Shown: positions 38,127-48,551 of the stretch, piece by piece
Layout: each line of letters starts with the position of its first letter
How positions within the stretch are numbered: position 1 is the first letter of the stretch
From: an uncultured Chloroflexia bacterium
GTDB taxonomy: Bacteria > Chloroflexota > Anaerolineae > CG2-30-64-16
Direction of reading: 5' to 3'
DNA: 64,000 bases
NCBI GenBank assembly: GCA_963774265.1
Contig: CAVZDU010000001.1
Span: 1 to 64,000, forward strand
Made by a program: the position numbers and the translations under genes
The notes under the pieces: generated by a model
Told to the model about the DNA's origin: nothing
The model's database searches: none
What the model saw: only the letters and a program-made list of their open reading frames with translations

Positions 38127-39368
38127 CTAGTTCAACGCGGCTTTTCCGTAAGTAGTCTCGATCCGATTCTGCACCAGTATCTCCCCCCGCCGGATCACGT
38201 ATGGCCGCGCCGGATGGCGGGCGAGTGCGTCGGCCGCAGATTCGGCCGGAATCAACACCAGATTGGCTTCTGCACCCACCTGCACTCCATAATCGGGCAG
38301 ACGCAGCGTAAGCGCGGCGCGGCTGCGGGGCATATCGAAAGCTGCCTGCATGTGCGCAGAGGAGCTCAGGTGTGCAGCGTGCGCGACGAAGTTGGCTACC
38401 TCCAACATGTCCATCTTGCCGAAGGGGTAAAACATGTTCATCATGTCGTCTTGGCCGCAGGTGACATTCACGCCGGCATCTAGCAGCTCACGCACGCGGG
38501 GGATGCCGCGGCGCACGGGTTGGCGGTCACCGCGACCCTGCAACAACAGGTTGACCGGCGAGTTGGTGCACACGTTGATCCGAGCGTCGCGGACTTTCTC
38601 GATCACACGCGCGGCTAGAGCATCATCCCATCCCGCCATAGCACAGCAGTGGCCGGCGCTTACCCTGCCCTGATAACCGGTTTCGATCGTCTTGTCGGCC
38701 AGCAACTCAAGGGTGTGCCAATACGGATCGTCTGTCTCGTCGATGTGCATGTCGATATCAGCGTCGTGGGCACGCGCGATCTCGAAGGCGGTTTCGATGT
38801 GCCGCGCCGCGTCATCCATATCGCGCTCGCCGTGCGGCATGCCGCCAACAACCGTCGCCCCGCGATCCATCGCCTGCCACATCAGGTCGACGGCCTCAGG
38901 GTTACGGGCCAGACCAAGCTGTGGAAACGCGACGATCTGAATATCGATCACTCCTGTGAACTTCTCACGGACAGCGCAAATCGCGTCCAGCAATCTCAAC
39001 TGTGCAACCTGGTCGATGTCTACGTTATTCCGCATCCAGAGCGTGCCATGCGCAGCAGCCATGCGCAGCACTTGCATGGCACGGTCCACGATGTTCTCGC
39101 GGCTCATGTTGCGTTTGATATCAGCGTAGAGATTGATGGCCTCGCGCAGGGTGCCGGTTTGATTGGGGACCTGATGCAACAAAGCGTTTTCGAGGTGAAA
39201 GTGGGGGTCTACAAAGGCGGGAGAGAGCAAGGCGTGGTGGCCTTGAATAGCGAGCCTGCCAGGCGCCAGCTCATCCTCCTGAATAACGGCGATTCTGCCG
39301 TCATTGATCCCGACATCCACCAGTCGTTGCGCGTTCTCGAGGTGCACACGATGTATGGTCAAGTCCAT
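38127..39368 (-). CDS. Cytosine-deaminase-like amidohydrolase
   Basis: FVDPHFHL, QIVAFPQ, VGGMPH, DMHIDETDD, AGHC and GQDD..FYPFG. Confidence 0.85.
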   Translation of the reverse strand: MDLTIHRVHLENAQRLVDVGINDGRIAVIQEDELAPGRLAIQGHHALLSPAFVDPHFHLENALLHQVPNQTGTLREAINLYADIKRNMSRENIVDRAMQVLRMAAAHGTLWMRNNVDIDQVAQLRLLDAICAVREKFTGVIDIQIVAFPQLGLARNPEAVDLMWQAMDRGATVVGGMPHGERDMDDAARHIETAFEIARAHDADIDMHIDETDDPYWHTLELLADKTIETGYQGRVSAGHCCAMAGWDDALAARVIEKVRDARINVCTNSPVNLLLQGRGDRQPVRRGIPRVRELLDAGVNVTCGQDDMMNMFYPFGKMDMLEVANFVAHAAHLSSSAHMQAAFDMPRSRAALTLRLPDYGVQVGAEANLVLIPAESAADALARHPARPYVIRRGEILVQNRIETTYGKAALN

Positions 39369-39512
39369 GAGATCTATTCCTAACAGTCGTATGTGATACG
39401 TATGAGGTATTACCTTTGCTCAGGGTAACAGAAACGCTATTCGCTGTCAATGATGAGGAGTGGCGAGAGAACGCAGGGCACTCCGGCACAGTGGGGCGTA
39501 TGAAGATACCAG

Positions 39513-40562
39513 CTAGCACGAGATCGCCCGTTCCTCCACCGCATCCGCAAAAGCAAAGAGGCTCTCGCAGGATGCAAAGTCAATGTCGTACGCCGGACAG
39601 AGCAGTAGCCCAGCAGGCCCCAGGGCGCCGGCCCGTAGGCGCACCTCAGCCCGCACCTCCTCCGGCGTCGCCCACGTCCACAACGCGGCGGTCCCAACCG
39701 CGCCCCATATCGACAGTTTGTCGCCGAAAGCGCGCTTGATCGCGAGCGCATCCATGCAGTCCGGCTGCACCGGGTTGATCGTGTTGACGCCGATCTCCAC
39801 CAGGTCGGGGAGAATGGAGGAGAAGTCACCGTCGCTGTGATAAAAGACGATGAGCTCCGGCGCGACAGACCGGGCGGCGCGAATGATCTCCGCAAGGCGA
39901 GGCTTGAAGAATTCGCGCCAGGTCGCGGGACCGAGGATCATGCCGCTGGCCATGGCCACATCGTCGTCCAAAAGGAGGGCATCGACGCCGGCTCGCGCCA
40001 GGATGAGCGAGCTGTGCAGGACCAACGCGGCGAGTTGATCGAGCAAGTAGTGCGCCAGGTGGGGACGGAGGCGCAAATCCTCCAGGAACGTCTCGAATCC
40101 TCGCAGCCGATAGGCCGTCTCGAAAAGCTCGCCGCCGAGGTGTGGTGGCCCACCTGCGACTGCCAGGCCTCGGGCGTGAAAAGCCGCGACTCTCTGCGCC
40201 AGGCCGGCATGCCGCTCCGGCGCAATCAGGTTTGGCAGGATGAAGTCAGAAAAATCGCCAAGGGCTGTAGCGGTGGAAAGGGGGCCGCGGGATCCACGCT
40301 CCGGGTGATAGTCCCACTCGTGATAGGTGCGCAACTGATGCAGGTTGCCAACGTGCACGTCGGGGGGCAGCCGCCGCACGTAGGCCAGGAAATCATCCTG
40401 GGCCGTAAGTGGCTCGAAGTTGACGAAACGCACATCCAGCCGCAGCGTCTCTGATGTGTTCGGGATGCCGCTGACTTCCTCATCCCAGAATGCCAACGCC
40501 TTAGGCGGGCGATCAGGGCGCCGGCATGTCAACGCAGCGCGTACACGTTCGCGCGAGTTCAT
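39513..40562 (-). CDS. Uroporphyrinogen decarboxylase/MtaA-superfamily protein
   Basis: MNSRERVRAAL..PDRPP, LRGFETFLEDL, DDVA, FYHSDG, INPVQP and TPEEVRAEV. Confidence 0.85.
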   Translation of the reverse strand: MNSRERVRAALTCRRPDRPPKALAFWDEEVSGIPNTSETLRLDVRFVNFEPLTAQDDFLAYVRRLPPDVHVGNLHQLRTYHEWDYHPERGSRGPLSTATALGDFSDFILPNLIAPERHAGLAQRVAAFHARGLAVAGGPPHLGGELFETAYRLRGFETFLEDLRLRPHLAHYLLDQLAALVLHSSLILARAGVDALLLDDDVAMASGMILGPATWREFFKPRLAEIIRAARSVAPELIVFYHSDGDFSSILPDLVEIGVNTINPVQPDCMDALAIKRAFGDKLSIWGAVGTAALWTWATPEEVRAEVRLRAGALGPAGLLLCPAYDIDFASCESLFAFADAVEERAISC

Positions 40563-40591
40563 GCAGTTCTCCTTCCGCGAGAAGGTAGCAA

Positions 40592-41320
40592 TCAACCGTA
40601 ACTGCCGAACATCGGCAACTTCGCCCCGTTCACCGCCCCCGCTGCGTCCGAAAGCAAGTACTGCACCGCGGCCGACAGTTCCTCGGGCGTGCTCCACGAC
40701 GAATTCGCCGGCGTGGGCGCGGTCACCTTCTCGCGCGCCGCGTCGATCTGGCGCACCTGCAGCAGGTTTGCGGTGACACCGGTGCCTTTCAGCTCCTGGG
40801 AGAGAGCCAGCATCAGCGCCTCCTGTCCGGCCTTGCCGGCCGCGTACGCGCTGCCCTTGGCGCTGGGTCGGCTGGCCGCGGGCGTTGCGATCATCACGAT
40901 CCGCCCCCAGCCGTTCTTGATGAGGTACGGGACAAATGCCTGGAGGACGTTGAACGAGGTCCACACGTGCTGGTTGAGCATTGATTCGAGATCGGCGGCC
41001 GTTGTATCAACCAATGTTTTCCCGCCCGTCCACCCGCCCACGACGTGCAGCAGGATGTCAACCCGGCCAAATCGCTCGAGGACCGCATCTGCGGCGGTGC
41101 GCGCCGTGCCGGCGTCGAGGAGGTCGACCGCGTGCGTCAGGACACGCTCCGGGGATGTATCCAGATCCTCGACCAGGGAAGCCAACTTCGCAGGATTTCG
41201 CTCGAGCAGCGCCAGGTGCGCGCCCGCCGCGGCCAGGTCACGCGCCAGGGTCGAACCGAGCCCGCCCGATGCTCCGGTGATTACCGCGGTGCGGTTTGTC
41301 AGGGTCATAGTCACCTCCAT
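40592..41320 (-). CDS. Short-chain dehydrogenase/reductase
   Basis: TGASGGLG Rossmann motif and YAAGK catalytic motif. Confidence 0.9.
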   Translation of the reverse strand: MEVTMTLTNRTAVITGASGGLGSTLARDLAAAGAHLALLERNPAKLASLVEDLDTSPERVLTHAVDLLDAGTARTAADAVLERFGRVDILLHVVGGWTGGKTLVDTTAADLESMLNQHVWTSFNVLQAFVPYLIKNGWGRIVMIATPAASRPSAKGSAYAAGKAGQEALMLALSQELKGTGVTANLLQVRQIDAAREKVTAPTPANSSWSTPEELSAAVQYLLSDAAGAVNGAKLPMFGSYG

Positions 41321-41339
41321 CCCTTGGTCTGCAACCCTA

Positions 41340-42173
41340 TCAGTGGCTGCGCTCGATCTTCAGGGAGGTCATGGTCAGCGAACCCGCAACAGGCTGATCG
41401 TTGAAATAGGACAGTTGGTCCCGGTCATCCTGCAGGGCCAGGGCATACAACATGGGCAGGTAGTGTTCAGGGGTGGGCACGGCCAGGCTGACCGAGCGGC
41501 CCAAGGTGTGATAATCGATCAGAGGCTGATGGTTGCGGCGCGTGATCAGTTCCTTGAACAACGCACTGGCCTCCAGCGCCCAGTCCAGCCCAAACGGTGT
41601 ATTGAAGTCGTCCACGCTTCTATTCGGCAGCACTACCCGGCGCAGGTTGTGGACCATGTTGCCGCTGCCCAGGATGAGCACGCCTCTCTCACGTAAGGGC
41701 GCGAGTTCTTTGGCCAGGTCGTAATGATACTGCGCGGCCTCCGTGTAGTTCAGGCTGAGCTGGATGACAGGCACGTCTGCGGCAGGGTACATCCGCCGTA
41801 ACACGCTCCAACACCCATGGTCCAGGCCCCAATCGTTGTCCACACCCACTTCAACCCGCTTGACTGTAGACCGGGTTTCCGCCGCCAGCGCCGGGCTGCC
41901 GGGCGCGTCGTATCGCACATCGAAGAGCGCCTGCGGAAACCCACCGAAATCGTGTATCGTGGCGGGCTTGGGCATCGCGGTGACCAGCGTGCCGCGGGTT
42001 TCCCAGTGCGCCGAGATGCAGAGGACTGCATGGGGTCGCGGGAAGGTGGCTGCCACCTCACGCCACCCCCGTGAGAAATCGTTATCTTCGATGGCGTTCA
42101 TGGGGCTGCCGTGCCCGATGAAAAGGACAGGCATTGGGTCCGTATAGGGTAAGGTTTCGATCAATCCGTTCAT
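41340..42173 (-). CDS. ygiD: 4,5-DOPA extradiol dioxygenase (LigB family)
   Basis: LFIGHGSPMNA, ISAHW, TIHDFGGFP, WGLDHG, GSGNMVHNL and PTPEHYLP. Confidence 0.9.
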   Translation of the reverse strand: MNGLIETLPYTDPMPVLFIGHGSPMNAIEDNDFSRGWREVAATFPRPHAVLCISAHWETRGTLVTAMPKPATIHDFGGFPQALFDVRYDAPGSPALAAETRSTVKRVEVGVDNDWGLDHGCWSVLRRMYPAADVPVIQLSLNYTEAAQYHYDLAKELAPLRERGVLILGSGNMVHNLRRVVLPNRSVDDFNTPFGLDWALEASALFKELITRRNHQPLIDYHTLGRSVSLAVPTPEHYLPMLYALALQDDRDQLSYFNDQPVAGSLTMTSLKIERSH

Positions 42174-42382
42174 TATGGCTCCGAAAGAAGGCGTGATTTG
42201 GTCTGGCCAAAAGATTGTACCACGTTTCAGGTCAAGATTTGGTAGCATGCTATACTTCGCTGGATTGTGAATACCTCTACACTGCGTTTGACCGCCCTTT
42301 CGGCTCGAATGACTCGCGGCCCATCGCGGCTCACTTCGAGCACAGCGTGAGAGGTGGAAATCCGCTACTCACAGGAGCCGCC

Positions 42383-44392
42383 ATGCACGAGCTACCGCTG
42401 CTGATCAACATCGCCATGGCCTTGGTCGTCGCCTTCCTGGGCGGGTTGCTCGCCCGGCGCGTCGGCCTGCCCACCATTGTCGGCTATCTCCTGGCTGGCA
42501 TCATCATCGGCCCCTTCACGCCCGGCTTCGTCGGAGACGTCGACACCATCAGCCAGTTGGCCGAGCTGGGCGTCATATTCCTGATGTTCGGGGTGGGACT
42601 GCACTTCTCCTTCGGCGATCTCTGGCGCGTGCGCGATATTGCCATTCCGGGCGCGCTCGGGCAAACGCTGCTGGCCACCCTGCTCGGGATCGGGCTCAGC
42701 CAACTTTGGGGTTGGCCGCTGTCGTCGAGCATCGTCGTGGGCCTTGCTATTTCGGTCGCCAGCACCGTGGTCCTGCTGCGCGGCCTCATGGATAATTCGC
42801 TGCTGAATACGACGGCGGGGCAGGCGGCCGTGGGCTGGCTGGTCATGGAAGACATCCTGACAGTGCTCATCCTGGTTCTGATGCCCGCGCTCGCGCCGAC
42901 AAACGGCGGCTTCGACTTCGCCAGCTTGGCCATAACCCTGCTCAAGGCGGCCGCGTTTATTGCATTGGTCGCGTTTGTCGGCAGGTGGCTGATCCCCTGG
43001 CTGCTGCTGCGCATCGCAAACACGCGCTCGCGCGAGTTGTTCATCCTCGCGATCCTGGCCATCGCGCTCGGCACGGCTATCGGCGCGGCCGAGTTGTTCG
43101 GCGTATCCCTCGCGCTCGGTGCGTTCGTGGCGGGCGCGGTCGTCAGCGAGTCGCCGCTGAGCCACCAGGTCGGCGCGGATGTCTTGCCGTTTCGTGAGGC
43201 ATTCGCTGTGCTCTTCTTTGTCTCCGTCGGCATGCTCGTCAACCCGGTCTACCTGGCCCAGAACATCGGCCCGGTGCTGGCCATTACCGCCCTGATTATG
43301 ATCGGCAAACCGCTGATCGTGCTGCTGATGGGCCTCTTCTTCTCACGCTCCGCCTTCACGATGCTGGTGATCGCAGCCGGGTTGAGCCAGATCGGCGAGT
43401 TCTCGTTCATCCTGGGGCAGGCGGGGCTGTCGCTCGGCCTGCTGCAAGGGGATCACTACTCGCTGATTCTGGCCGGTGCGCTGGTGTCGATCACGCTCAA
43501 TCCGATGATGTTCCGGCTGATAAATCCGGTGCAACACGCTCTGGAGCGCTTCCCGCGGCTTTGGCGCCTGCTTGACCGGCATGGCCCGGCGCCGGCGCTG
43601 CCCGAAGAGGGCATGTCCGATCACCTGGTCATTGTCGGATATGGCCGCGTGGGCGAGCAAGTGGTGGCGGTCGCGCGGGCACTGAACATACAGCACCTCG
43701 TCATCGAGTCGGACGTCGAACGCGTCAACGAACTCAATAAGATGGGAACCAGCACACTCTACGGAGACGCGGCAAACTCGGAAGTGCTGCCCCACGCCGG
43801 CCTCGCGCGGGCGCGCGTCCTGGTGTCGACCGTGCCGGAGGATGCGACCGGAGAGCTGATCGTCGCGGCCGCCCGCGACCTGGCGCCCAACCTGCCGATC
43901 ATCGCGCGGGCGGCCACCGAAGAGGGTGTCCGAGAACTGGCAGACCTGGGGGCCAAGGTGGTGATTCATCCTGAGCTCGAGGGGGGCCTGGAGATGGTGC
44001 GCCACACGCTGCTGCAGTTAGGCTTCCCGCTGCGAGAGGTCCACGACTACACGGACGCGGTGCGCCACGATCACTATGACATCGCAGTCAACTCCGATGA
44101 AGAGCACCGGCTGCTGCACGGCCTGCTGGACGCGGCGAACAATATCGAAATTAGTTGGCAGCGGCTCGAGGCGGGCAGCCCTCTGATCGGCCGCAGCCTG
44201 GCCGAAGCGAACGTGAGAGCGCTCACCGGGGCCTCCGTTGTGGCGGTCATACGGGATGGGCACTTGCACGCCAACCCCAAATCTTCCACGCTCTTTCAGG
44301 TGGATGATCGGGTGGGCTTCGTGGGTGATCCACAGCAGATCACAGCCGCGATCGAAATGGTGAAGGTTAGGGTGGAAGAAGCAGCCGGGTAA
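42383..44392 (+). CDS. CPA2 cation:proton antiporter with TrkA-N/TrkA-C (YbaL/KefC-like)
   Basis: Multiple TM helices, LAELGVIFLMFGVGL, SQIGEFSF, IVGYGRVG and YGDA; CAGGAG RBS before ATG 42383. Confidence 0.92.
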   Translation: MHELPLLINIAMALVVAFLGGLLARRVGLPTIVGYLLAGIIIGPFTPGFVGDVDTISQLAELGVIFLMFGVGLHFSFGDLWRVRDIAIPGALGQTLLATLLGIGLSQLWGWPLSSSIVVGLAISVASTVVLLRGLMDNSLLNTTAGQAAVGWLVMEDILTVLILVLMPALAPTNGGFDFASLAITLLKAAAFIALVAFVGRWLIPWLLLRIANTRSRELFILAILAIALGTAIGAAELFGVSLALGAFVAGAVVSESPLSHQVGADVLPFREAFAVLFFVSVGMLVNPVYLAQNIGPVLAITALIMIGKPLIVLLMGLFFSRSAFTMLVIAAGLSQIGEFSFILGQAGLSLGLLQGDHYSLILAGALVSITLNPMMFRLINPVQHALERFPRLWRLLDRHGPAPALPEEGMSDHLVIVGYGRVGEQVVAVARALNIQHLVIESDVERVNELNKMGTSTLYGDAANSEVLPHAGLARARVLVSTVPEDATGELIVAAARDLAPNLPIIARAATEEGVRELADLGAKVVIHPELEGGLEMVRHTLLQLGFPLREVHDYTDAVRHDHYDIAVNSDEEHRLLHGLLDAANNIEISWQRLEAGSPLIGRSLAEANVRALTGASVVAVIRDGHLHANPKSSTLFQVDDRVGFVGDPQQITAAIEMVKVRVEEAAG

Positions 44393-44466
44393 CCCCGGTG
44401 TATCCTGTTCTCCTTGCGCGGCCCGGCGCGGCGCGGTAGAATGGACCATCTTCACGGAGGTAGGCC

Positions 44467-45033
44467 ATGAGCATCGAGACAACTTCACTTCCCGGCGTGT
44501 TGGTCTTCACGCCGCGCGTATTCAAGGACTCGCGCGGCTTCCTCTTCGAGAGTTACAAAGACGTAGCATGGCAGGCCGCGGGCATCGAGACGGTCTACGT
44601 CCAGGACAACCAGTCGCGGTCGGTGCGAGACACCGTGCGTGGGCTGCACTTCCAACTGCCGCCAGCCGAGCAAGTCAAGCTCGTGCGCGTCGTGGCTGGC
44701 GCGGTGTGGGATGTGGCGGTCGACATCCGCGCGGGTTCGCCTACATTCGGCAAGTGGGTCGGCGTGGAGTTGAGCGAGGACAATTTCAGGCAGCTCTACA
44801 TCCCCGTGGGCTTCGCCCACGGCTTCTGCGTGCTGAGCGATGAGGCCGATATGCTCTACAAGACGAGCCACATCTACAGCCCTGCGCACGAAGAGAGCAT
44901 CGCCTGGAACGACCCGGAGATCGGCATCCCCTGGCCGGCAGGCGAACCGCTGCTCTCGGATCGCGACCGCGGCGCGCAGTCGCTGAAGGAGTATCTCGCG
45001 AAGACGCCGTTCGTATATCACTCCGCTGCATGA
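44467..45033 (+). CDS. rfbC: dTDP-4-dehydrorhamnose 3,5-epimerase
   Basis: DSRGF, VQDNQS, RGLHFQ, DVAVDIR.GSPTFGKW and GFAHGF. Confidence 0.95.
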   Translation: MSIETTSLPGVLVFTPRVFKDSRGFLFESYKDVAWQAAGIETVYVQDNQSRSVRDTVRGLHFQLPPAEQVKLVRVVAGAVWDVAVDIRAGSPTFGKWVGVELSEDNFRQLYIPVGFAHGFCVLSDEADMLYKTSHIYSPAHEESIAWNDPEIGIPWPAGEPLLSDRDRGAQSLKEYLAKTPFVYHSAA

Positions 45034-45058
45034 GATCTGAAGGCCCGGGAGTTCATCA

Positions 45059-45581
45059 TTGGATACAACCTGGAGAACAAGCATCTGGCACCAGTTCGGG
45101 GCAGCAATCGACATGCTCGACAACGCCCTGGCTGCCTGTCCCGACGAGTTGTGGCGCGTGCGCCTGTGGAGCGACCCTTCACAGCGATCAGAGTTCTCCG
45201 AATTCTGGTATATCGCCTATCACACGCTCTTCTGGCTCGACCTGTACCTGTCCGGCTCGGTGGAAGGATTCGCTCCCCCTGCTCCATTCACACTTGACGA
45301 ACTGGACCCAGCGGGGCTGCTTCCCGAGAGGGTGTATACCAGAGACGAGTTACAGCTCTACCTTGAGCGCTGCCGCAGGAAGTGCCAGAGCGACGATTGA
45401 GGCCCTGACGGATGAGCAGGCTCGTCGGCGCTGTGCGTTCCCTTGGGGTGAGGTCAGCTTCGCCGAGTTGCTTCTGGACAACATGCGCCACGTCCAGGAG
45501 CACGTCGCACAATTGAACCTGATTCTCGGGCAGAAGATCGGTTGGAATCCCAGGTGGGTGGCCAGAGCGAAATCCATTTGA
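45059..45581 (+). CDS. DinB-family protein; frameshift ~45390
   Basis: QFGAAIDML..ACPDELW, FWYIAYHTLFWLDLY and NMRHVQEH. Confidence 0.85.
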
Positions 45582-45606
45582 CAAACCCCCCGCCGCCCAT
45601 TATGCT
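45578..45606 (+). promoter_or_regulatory. Sigma70-type promoter
   Basis: TTGACA-N17-TATGCT upstream of ATG 45639. Confidence 0.65.
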
Positions 45607-45638
45607 TCGCCCCAACAGACATCGCTGGGAGCGTATGC

Positions 45639-46149
45639 ATGGCCAATCCGATTATCGAGCTGGACCCCGTCACACACATCACCGCCGGCGCGTTAGGAAA
45701 GCCGGGGCAGCGTGTTTTTTTCCTCCAGGCTGAAAAGGGCCTGGAGCGAATCACCCTGGTCTGTGAGAAGGAACAGGTGCAGGCGCTGGCCGACGCCATC
45801 GATGAGATGGAACAGAACCTGGAGCAGGAGTTTGGGCTGGCGCGGCCCGAAGGCCTGAAGGCGAAAGAGGACGAGATGCGGGTCAAGGAGCCGGCCGAAC
45901 CTCTCTTTCGCGTCGGTGCGATGGGCTTGGGGTACGACGCGAACCGCGGACAAAATTCTACTGGTGGCGCAAGAGGCGCTGGACGAGGAGGAAGAGCACG
46001 ACCCGCGTGAGGTGCGCCTCTTCGCCACACGCGCTCAAATGCAGGTCGTCAGCACCTATGCCCGCGACATCATCGGCCGCGGCCGCTCGCCCGACCAGGT
46101 GGTGTTGCAGGCCGAGGTGCATTTCCGCCGCAACGGACACGGCGACTGA
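45639..46149 (+). CDS. DUF3090-family protein; frameshift ~45945
   Basis: ELDPVTHITAGALGKPGQRVFFLQA, CEKEQVQAL, PLFRVGAMGLGYD and C-terminal RNGH. Confidence 0.8.
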
Positions 46150-46172
46150 AAGACGCATCAACCCCCGATGAG

Positions 46173-46207
46173 AAAGGGCTTCCTGTAAGGGAAGCCCCTT
46201 TTATTTT
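46173..46207 (+). terminator. Intrinsic terminator
   Basis: GGGCTTCCT-GTAA-GGGAAGCCC followed by CTTTTATTTT. Confidence 0.8.
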
Positions 46208-46267
46208 GCCTGCCTGATGGTAGACTCGCAACGATATCTCTACGACCGTGTAGTGAAAGGACCCGTC

Positions 46268-48365
46268 ATGCCTGACCACCAGCACTCCGGCAAGCCGAAC
46301 CGGCTGATCCACGAGACCAGCCCCTATCTCCTGCAACATGCTTACAACCCGGTGGACTGGTACCCCTGGGGTCCCGAGGCGCTGAGCCGCGCGGCGGCCG
46401 AGGACAAACCGATCCTCCTTAGCGTCGGCTACTCGGCATGCCATTGGTGCCATGTCATGGCGCACGAGTCGTTTGAGGATCCTGAGATCGCCGGGCTGAT
46501 GAATGAGCTGTTCGTCAACGTCAAGGTCGACCGGGAGGAGCGGCCCGATATCGACGCCATCTACATGGAGGCCGTGCAAGCGCTGACCGGCGGTGGCGGG
46601 TGGCCGATGACCGTGTTCCTCACGCCGGAAGGCAAGCCTTTCTACGGCGGCACATATTTTCCTCCGGTCGCTCGCTACAACATGCCCGGTTTCCCACAGT
46701 TGCTGATGGCTATCTCGGAGGCGTGGCAGAACCGGCGCAAGGAGCTGCTCTCCGCAGGCGACCGCCTGGCCGACGCGCTCAACCGCACCGCGGCCCTGCA
46801 GCCCTCCGGTACACCCCTGGACCGCAACCTGCTGGACCAGCGCGACACAGCGCCTGCTCCGCTCGTTCGACAAGGTGGAAGGCGGTTTTGGCGGCGCGCC
46901 CAAATTCCCCCAACCGATGAACCTGGATTTCTTGCTCCAACGATATGTAGAAACGAAGGATGCTTCATTGCTCCACGCGGTCACATTCACCCTCACTAGA
47001 ATGGCGCGTGGCGGCATATATGACCAGCTCGGCGGCGGCTTCCACCGCTACAGCACCGATAACGAATGGCTGACGCCCCACTTCGAGAAGATGCTCTACG
47101 ACAACGCCCAGCTCGCGGCCACCTATCTGCACGCGTGGCAGGTGACCGGGGACCCACTCTTCCGGCAGATTGTTGAGGAGACGCTGGACTATGTGCTAGC
47201 TGAGATGACCTCGCCCGAGGGTGGTTTTTACAGCACCCAGGATGCGGACAGCGAGGGCAAAGAAGGCTTGTTCTTCCTGTGGACCCCGGCGGAGATCAAC
47301 GCGCTGCTTGGGCCGGAGGATGGCAGGCTCTTCTGCGACACCTTCGGCGTCACGCCGCGCGGCAACTTCCACGAGGCCGGCGGGGCGATGAGCATCCTGC
47401 ACGTGCGGCGGGAGCTGAATGAGGTCGCGGACGACCTGGGCGTCTCACCGGATCGACTTCAGGAAGTGATCCAGCGCGGGCGAAAGGTCCTCTTCGCGGC
47501 CCGCGAGCGCCGCATTCATCCCGGCCGCGACGACAAGGTGCTCGCCGAATGGAATGGGCTCATGCTTCGTACATTTGCTGAGGCGGGCGCGGTCCTGGGC
47601 CGGCCGGACTACGTGTCCGCCGCGCGGCGCAACGCCGAATTCCTGTTGGAGGCCATGCGTGCGGAAGGCGATGGGCTGCGCCTGTACCGCACCTACAAGG
47701 ATGGCCGCGCACACCTGAACGCCTATCTGGAGGACTACGCTGCGGTCGCCCTGGGCATGCTGGCGCTCTACGAGGTCACGTTCGAATTGCGATGGCTTCG
47801 CGCCAGCCTCGATCTGACACAGACCATTCTCGACCGCTTCCACGACACCGCCGGAGGCAGCTTTTTCCAGACCGCGGCCGATCACGAGAAGCTCGTCGCA
47901 CGGCGCAAGGACTTCGTCGACAGCGCGGTCCCGGCGGGCAACTCGCTGGCCGCGGATCTGCTGCTGCGTCTCGCCAGGCTGCTGAATCGCCCGGAGTTCG
48001 CGGAGCACGCCTCGGGTGTGCTGGGCCTGATGGCGGATGCCATTGGCGAGCAGCCCCTCGCGTTCGGCCGCTTGCTGGCCGCGCTTGATTTTTATGTAAA
48101 TCCAGGTTTCGAAATCGCCATTGTCGGGGATCCCGCGGAAGATGACACGGCCGCGCTGCTGGCGGAGATCTACCGTCGCTTCATGCCAAACACGGTGGTA
48201 GCCGCAGGCGCGCCAGCCGGTAAAGCCGCCACCCAGATCCCGCTGCTCGCGGGGCGAGACATGCGCGGGGGCCGGGCGACCGCTTATGTGTGCAGGAACT
48301 ATACATGCAATTTGCCGGTGACGGAGCCGGCGGCGCTGGGGAGGCAGTTGGACGGGCTGGAATAG
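46268..48365 (+). CDS. YyaL-like thioredoxin-domain/alpha-toroid protein; frameshift ~46845
   Basis: [48 protein letters not shown] and [11 protein letters not shown]. Confidence 0.92.
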
Positions 48366-48551
48366 CTGACGGAGCAGCTCGACACCTGAGACCGCCTGCC
48401 CGCCCCACAGAGAGGCTGCGCACTAAACGGGCAGGCTATGAAACGGAACCAGCTTACGGGGACTTGCCCGGGGTGGTGACGGTTAGCCCGGTTCACCGGG
48501 CATTGCTTGGGAGCTCGCCCGGTGACGGGCGGGCGGTTTCTCGATGCGCGG

